Origin: an uncultured Bacilli bacterium
GTDB taxonomy: Bacteria > Bacillota_I > Bacilli_A > RF39 > UBA660
DNA: 64,000 nucleotides
Assembly (NCBI GenBank): GCA_934102335.1
Contig: CAKOSP010000001.1
Coordinates: forward strand, 268,511-332,510
Direction: 5' to 3'
Below are positions 59,563 through 64,000 of this stretch, in pieces. Position 1 is the stretch's first letter, and every line of letters begins with the position of its first letter. Below the pieces are notes generated by a model, which worked only from the letters and a program-made list of their open reading frames with translations, was not told the origin of the DNA and did no database searches. A program made the position numbers and the translations under genes.

Positions 59563-59590
59563 AAAAACTGAAGATTAATTCTTCAGTTTT
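59563..59590. terminator. bidirectional terminator between the ATPase gene and frr
   Basis: AACTGAAG-ATTAAT-CTTCAGTT flanked by an A-run and a T-run. Confidence 0.7.
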
Positions 59591-60116
59591 ATATTTGCAT
59601 TAATTCTACTTCTTTTTCTTTTATTTTATCATCAACTATTTTATTATATTTATTAATTAATTCTTGTAAATCTTCTAAATATAATTTTTCTTCATCTTCT
59701 GGATATTCGGCTAATTTTATTTCATCTTTAGCATCTTGTCTTATATTTCTTAAAGCAACTTTAGCTTCCTCACCAGTAGATTTAGCTTGCTTTACATAAT
59801 CTCTTCTTCTATCCTCAGTTAAATCAGGAACTTTTAAAATAATCATTTCTCCATTATTAGTGGGAGTAATTCCTAAATTAGCTTCATTTATAGCTCTTTC
59901 AATATTTTTTAAAGTTGATTTATCATATGGTTTTATAAACAATTCTTTAGCTTCTGGAACAGTTATATTAGCCACACTTTGAATAGGTGTAGGTGTTCCA
60001 TAATATTCAACCATAATTCCATTAACCATACTAGGATTTGCTCTTCCTGCCCTAATACTTGTAAGTCTATTGTCAAGATTTTCAATAGTTTGTTTCATTT
60101 TATCTTCTGTTTGCAT
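59589..60116 (-). CDS. frr: ribosome recycling factor
   Basis: 175 aa with the motifs LTSIRAGRANPSM, ITPTNNG, PDLTEDRRRD and RNIRQDA. Confidence 0.93.
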   Translation of the reverse strand: MQTEDKMKQTIENLDNRLTSIRAGRANPSMVNGIMVEYYGTPTPIQSVANITVPEAKELFIKPYDKSTLKNIERAINEANLGITPTNNGEMIILKVPDLTEDRRRDYVKQAKSTGEEAKVALRNIRQDAKDEIKLAEYPEDEEKLYLEDLQELINKYNKIVDDKIKEKEVELMQI

Positions 60117-60125
60117 TTTTTCTCC

Positions 60126-60887
60126 TTAATCTATAACTATATTATCATAATAATTTTGCTTTGTCGAATTAACTATATAATTTATTTCTAATTTACCTAT
60201 TTTATTTATATATAAAGCATAATTTAAATTACTTAATGTTTTATCTACATTAATTAAAGGCATATCATCAACAGTTTGTTGTTCAGCATTTAACTTAGTT
60301 TTTATTTTATCTTTTATTTTATCCATAGTAGTTTCATATTTTTCTAATAAATCATTTTCGCTTAATATTTTATTTTCTTTTTTATCAAAAGTATAAGCCT
60401 TAATATTTTCAGGTGCCGTTATATTTATAACATCAAAACTATTATCCTGTACAACTAAAGAAATATAATCTTTATAAGCATAACTAGCATATTCCCTATA
60501 TTTTAAAGAATATATACCATTTTCATTTTCTTCATAAGTAGTATCGCTAGGTATTTCTACATCTTTTACATATTTTATTGAATTTCTAAATGCAGTCTCT
60601 TCTTGATTTAAAGTATTAGTGATATCCCTAGCACATTCCAAATTAATATGTACATCTTGGTAATCTATTTCGTATTCTTCAATAACTCTCGTAGCGTTAT
60701 CATAATAAATATAATCTTTTTCTGAATCTATTCGATAATCAGGATCTTTTTTAGTAAATATTTTATTTTCAATTGGTGTTTTTTTATCATCAGTTAAATA
60801 ACGCATTGCAAAGTAACCTCCAACTGCAAATATCAATAAAATAATTAAAAATATCACAAAACTAATCTTATTCTTTTTATTTTCCAT
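60126..60887 (-). CDS. membrane-anchored hypothetical protein
   Basis: 253 aa with one N-terminal TM segment. The extracytoplasmic domain has no family I can name with confidence. Confidence 0.4.
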   Translation of the reverse strand: MENKKNKISFVIFLIILLIFAVGGYFAMRYLTDDKKTPIENKIFTKKDPDYRIDSEKDYIYYDNATRVIEEYEIDYQDVHINLECARDITNTLNQEETAFRNSIKYVKDVEIPSDTTYEENENGIYSLKYREYASYAYKDYISLVVQDNSFDVINITAPENIKAYTFDKKENKILSENDLLEKYETTMDKIKDKIKTKLNAEQQTVDDMPLINVDKTLSNLNYALYINKIGKLEINYIVNSTKQNYYDNIVID

Positions 60888-60889
60888 TG

Positions 60890-61495
60890 TTATTCTCCTA
60901 AATAAGCTTTAAATGCTTGCCTAAATTCTTGCTCTTTTTCCTCTTCTTTTTCTCTAGTCCAATATTTATCAGGATCAATATTATTAGATGTAAAAGAAGT
61001 CTCATCATCATAATAAATTATATTACCATTTTTTATTATAACTACAGCTGGGGCATAAATATTTTGAACACCTTCATCATTAGTTTTTAAATAATAGGAA
61101 AGCTTATTTACAATGCTTTCATAAGTACCATTCTTATTTTGTCTATCTTTGAAATAATCATAATAATTAATTCGTTCAATATTTTCACTTTTTGCCACAT
61201 TATTTAATAGCTTAGCATAATGATTAACCCAACTAGAGGTATTTGAGCCAAAAAATATTATTGCATTTCCTTGATTAATAAGCGTTCTAGCCTCGGTATT
61301 AGTTACATAATGAAATACATTATCCTTATCTACCAAAGTAAACTCTTTATCAAATTGTTCATTATCAGTTCTCACACTAGTTTTATAACTTCTAGTGCCT
61401 AAAAATATAAAAGCCCATATTAAGATAAAAAAGATAATTATATATATAACCATTTGAGTTTTATTTTTAAAAAATTTCTTTTGTTCTTGTTTCAT
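60890..61495 (-). CDS. membrane-anchored thioredoxin-fold-like protein lacking CxxC
   Basis: One TM segment. AIIFFGSNTSSWVNHYAKLL...IYAPAVVIIKNG aligns with the Trx fold, with TSSW in place of CxxC and the cis-Pro retained. Confidence 0.35.
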   Translation of the reverse strand: MKQEQKKFFKNKTQMVIYIIIFFILIWAFIFLGTRSYKTSVRTDNEQFDKEFTLVDKDNVFHYVTNTEARTLINQGNAIIFFGSNTSSWVNHYAKLLNNVAKSENIERINYYDYFKDRQNKNGTYESIVNKLSYYLKTNDEGVQNIYAPAVVIIKNGNIIYYDDETSFTSNNIDPDKYWTREKEEEKEQEFRQAFKAYLGE

Positions 61496-61560
61496 ACTTC
61501 TACTCCTTATTACATTTTAATTATACAATAAAATAAGAATTTTTTCAGCTAAAATTTTGT

Positions 61561-61587
61561 AAAAAAAAGACTAGCAATGCTAGTCTT
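61561..61587 (-). terminator. rho-independent terminator after hup
   Basis: AAGACTAGCA-A-TGCTAGTCTT with a T8 run on the minus strand. Confidence 0.75.
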
Positions 61588-61594
61588 AATACTA

Positions 61595-61867
61595 CTAATT
61601 TAAAGCTTCTTTTAATTTGCTTCCAGCTTTAAATGAAGCAACTGTCTTTGCAGGAATCTTAATAGCTTCTTTTGTTAATGGATTGATTCCTTCTCTAGCA
61701 GCTCTTTTTTTAGCACTGAAAGTACCAAATCCTACTAAAGCAACCTTTCCATCATTTTTTAATCCTGCAGAAATACCTGCGATTGTAGCATCTAAAGCTC
61801 TAGTTGCATCAGCTTTTGTTAAGCCAGCTTCTTTAGCAATGAATTCTACTAATTCTGTTTTTGACAT
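61595..61867 (-). CDS. hup: DNA-binding protein HU
   Basis: 90 aa with the motifs MSKTELV, GFGTF and R.GINP.T. Confidence 0.94.
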   Translation of the reverse strand: MSKTELVEFIAKEAGLTKADATRALDATIAGISAGLKNDGKVALVGFGTFSAKKRAAREGINPLTKEAIKIPAKTVASFKAGSKLKEALN

Positions 61868-62044
61868 GTTTTCTACCTCCTATATGTTTTTACAGTCGTA
61901 AGGTTTTCTCACATATTGTCCTTACATATTAAGATTAGCAAAGATAAAATAAAAATGCAATAAAAAAGTGGAATTTTCATGATAAACTCACACTTTTAAG
62001 CACTATTTATGCTTTATTTTACTTATATTTGACTATAATTTACA

Positions 62045-63523
62045 CTAAATTACAAACGCTATTAATGTATTTGAACCTTTATTTACTATTTTAGTAACTG
62101 TGTCACTTAGTTTAAATCTAGTATTATCTGGCATCATACTCAATTTTGCACGAATACCCTCACTAACAATTGTTTCTAAACTTCTACCAAATATTTCACT
62201 TTTCCAAATCGAAGATGGATCAGTTTCATAATCTTTCATAATGTAATCAATTAATTCTTTTGATTGTAATTCAGTACCTATAATTGGTTCAAAAGTAGAC
62301 TCAACATTGACTTTCATTAAATGAACACTTGAAGCTACAGCCTTTAATTTAATACCAAATCTACTTCCTTGTTTAATTATTTCTGGAGCTTCTAATTTCA
62401 TGTCTTTAATACTTGGATAAACAATTCCATAACCAGTTGATTTGGCCATTTTTAAAGCCGATTTAATTGAATCCATTTCTTCTTTACCATCTTTAAAAGA
62501 AGTAAATATTTTTAAAAGCCCAGCCTTACTCATTGCTGTGTCTCCCATTATTTCTTGTAATGTTTGCTTATAAAGTTCGTCACTTGATTCCAAAGTAATT
62601 GTAATAGTTCCAGTTGCAGCATCTAAATTACTTATATAAGACTTAGATATTGCTACACTATTTTCAAAATGATTAGTTATAAAGTCAACATCTTTAATTT
62701 TTTCAACATTTACAACACTTTCTCTTATTTTTTCTAAATATTCTTGTTTTAATGGATGATTTTGATTTAAAACATGAATCCATTCCGGAATAGAAACATT
62801 TATATCTGTAACTGGGAATTCATACAAAGCTGTTCTTAATATTTCCATAATTTCCGTTTCGTTCATCGTATCAACTGATAAAGTCTTAACTGGAACATCA
62901 TATTTTTCTTCAAGACTTCTTGCTAAATCCTTAGTATTAGTAGCATTTGGAGTACTAGAATTTAAAACTACCATAAAAGGTTTTCCAATTTCTTTCAGCT
63001 CAGTGATAACTTTTTCTTCAGCAGCTAAATAAGATTCCCTTTTAATTTCTCCAAACGACCCATCAGTAGTTACCACTATTCCAATAGTAGCATGATCTTT
63101 AATTACTTTTTCTGTACCTATTTCTGCAGCTTGTTTAAAAGGTACAGCTTCTTCAAACCAAGGACATTTAACCATTCGAGGATTTCCATTTTCATCTTGG
63201 AATCCACTAGCTTCTGGAACTACAAAACCAACACAATCCACTAATTTAATATTAGTTTCAAATTCTTGAACTTTAATCATTGCTCCATTAGAGGGAACAA
63301 ATTTAGGTTCAGTAGTCATAATTGTTTTACCTGCAGCACTTTGAGGTATTTCATCTAAACATCTTTTCTTTTCATATTCATCAGTAATATTAGGAACAAC
63401 TAGGTTTTCAATAAATCTTTTAATAAATGTAGATTTACCAGTTCTTACAGCCCCTACTACTCCTAAATAGATTTCTCCATTACCTCTTTTGGCAATTGAA
63501 GATATAATTTTTTCTTTTTCCAT
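62045..63523 (-). CDS. spoIVA: stage IV sporulation protein A (spore coat basement-layer ATPase)
   Basis: MEKEKI...GEIYLGVVGAVRTGKSTFIKRF is near-identical in pattern to the B. subtilis SpoIVA N-terminus. Start set at the second ATG by homology. Confidence 0.92.
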   Translation of the reverse strand: MEKEKIISSIAKRGNGEIYLGVVGAVRTGKSTFIKRFIENLVVPNITDEYEKKRCLDEIPQSAAGKTIMTTEPKFVPSNGAMIKVQEFETNIKLVDCVGFVVPEASGFQDENGNPRMVKCPWFEEAVPFKQAAEIGTEKVIKDHATIGIVVTTDGSFGEIKRESYLAAEEKVITELKEIGKPFMVVLNSSTPNATNTKDLARSLEEKYDVPVKTLSVDTMNETEIMEILRTALYEFPVTDINVSIPEWIHVLNQNHPLKQEYLEKIRESVVNVEKIKDVDFITNHFENSVAISKSYISNLDAATGTITITLESSDELYKQTLQEIMGDTAMSKAGLLKIFTSFKDGKEEMDSIKSALKMAKSTGYGIVYPSIKDMKLEAPEIIKQGSRFGIKLKAVASSVHLMKVNVESTFEPIIGTELQSKELIDYIMKDYETDPSSIWKSEIFGRSLETIVSEGIRAKLSMMPDNTRFKLSDTVTKIVNKGSNTLIAFVI

Positions 63524-63582
63524 AAAAAACACCATATTCCTTTGCTAATTAATTGTATTAAAGGTAATATGGTTTTATGCAT

Positions 63583-63897
63583 TTATTTAACACTTAATTT
63601 AATAATTAAATCAAAATCATCATCTTTAGCAATAACATTTTTATGAATCATTCCACATTTATTACATTTATAAATTATTTTATAAGTATCTTTAAATTTT
63701 TCGACATCAATAGGTTTTAAAAGTCCCCTACACTCATTTTTTCTATCACCAGGATTTATATCAACATGTTTAGAATAAAGACAATATGGACAATGATCTC
63801 TTGATGTATAGCCTAAAGGAGTAACCATATTATTACAATTTTCACAAACAAATCCTTCATCTAATTTTTGAAACTGTTTTTCATTCATTTTAATCAC
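63583..63897 (-). CDS. RNHCP-domain zinc-ribbon protein
   Basis: 104 aa with FVCENC, RDHCPYCLYSKHVD and CNKCG motifs. Confidence 0.6.
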   Translation of the reverse strand: MIKMNEKQFQKLDEGFVCENCNNMVTPLGYTSRDHCPYCLYSKHVDINPGDRKNECRGLLKPIDVEKFKDTYKIIYKCNKCGMIHKNVIAKDDDFDLIIKLSVK

Positions 63898-64000
63898 ATT
63901 TATATTTTAACATAAAACACATTATTTTTTTTATCTAAAATATATTTTATTAGGTGATTGATTTGTTTTTATTAATTAATTTAATTAAAAGTATGATATT

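Overview
This is a very AT-rich chromosomal segment (roughly a quarter G+C by eye). It uses the standard genetic code: long ORFs are not broken by TGA, and Trp is encoded by TGG. It belongs to a spore-forming Bacillota (Firmicutes) genome.

About 75 protein genes are packed tightly, mostly on the minus strand. They fall into blocks that mirror Bacillus subtilis synteny:
- comN-like/rel/dtd
- mutS
- ylbL/ylbJ
- spoVID-ysxE
- ddl-murF
- lon, tig, greA
- the yrrO-yrrN-yrrM-mltG-yrzB-ruvX-ireB string
- tgt
- cvpA/rnhC
- holA..comEC-comEA
- a SEDS protein
- def
- smc-rnc
- yidD
- queA-folA-glyA-folD-ruvB-ruvA
- obg, trmB
- rpmA-prp-rplU
- spoIVFB-spoIVFA-mreD-mreC
- frr, hup, spoIVA

Six tRNA genes lie in two clusters: Leu-TAG plus a CAT-anticodon tRNA, and Ser-GCT / Glu-TTC / Ile-GAT / Lys-CTT. 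I found no rRNA, CRISPR array, transposase or integrase.

The non-core content worth a second look:
1. A tRNA-flanked three-gene cassette at 24.1-26.4 kb, encoding a membrane transglutaminase-like protein, a small 3-TM protein and a DUF3800 protein.
2. An orphan RelE/ParE-like gene behind a consensus promoter that carries an inverted repeat.
3. A degenerate PfkB kinase with a low-complexity tail, translationally coupled to a stand-alone Smr domain.
4. A GC-rich stand-alone small RNA candidate divergent from tgt.
5. An orphan gene plus a decayed ORF breaking comEC-holA synteny.
6. A type IV pilin gene sitting between ruvA and ruvB.
7. Active-site substitutions in Rel (hydrolase motif), in DHFR (NADPH loop) and in a ZnuA-like lipoprotein.

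All functional calls come from reading motifs and gene order by eye. No database search was run.
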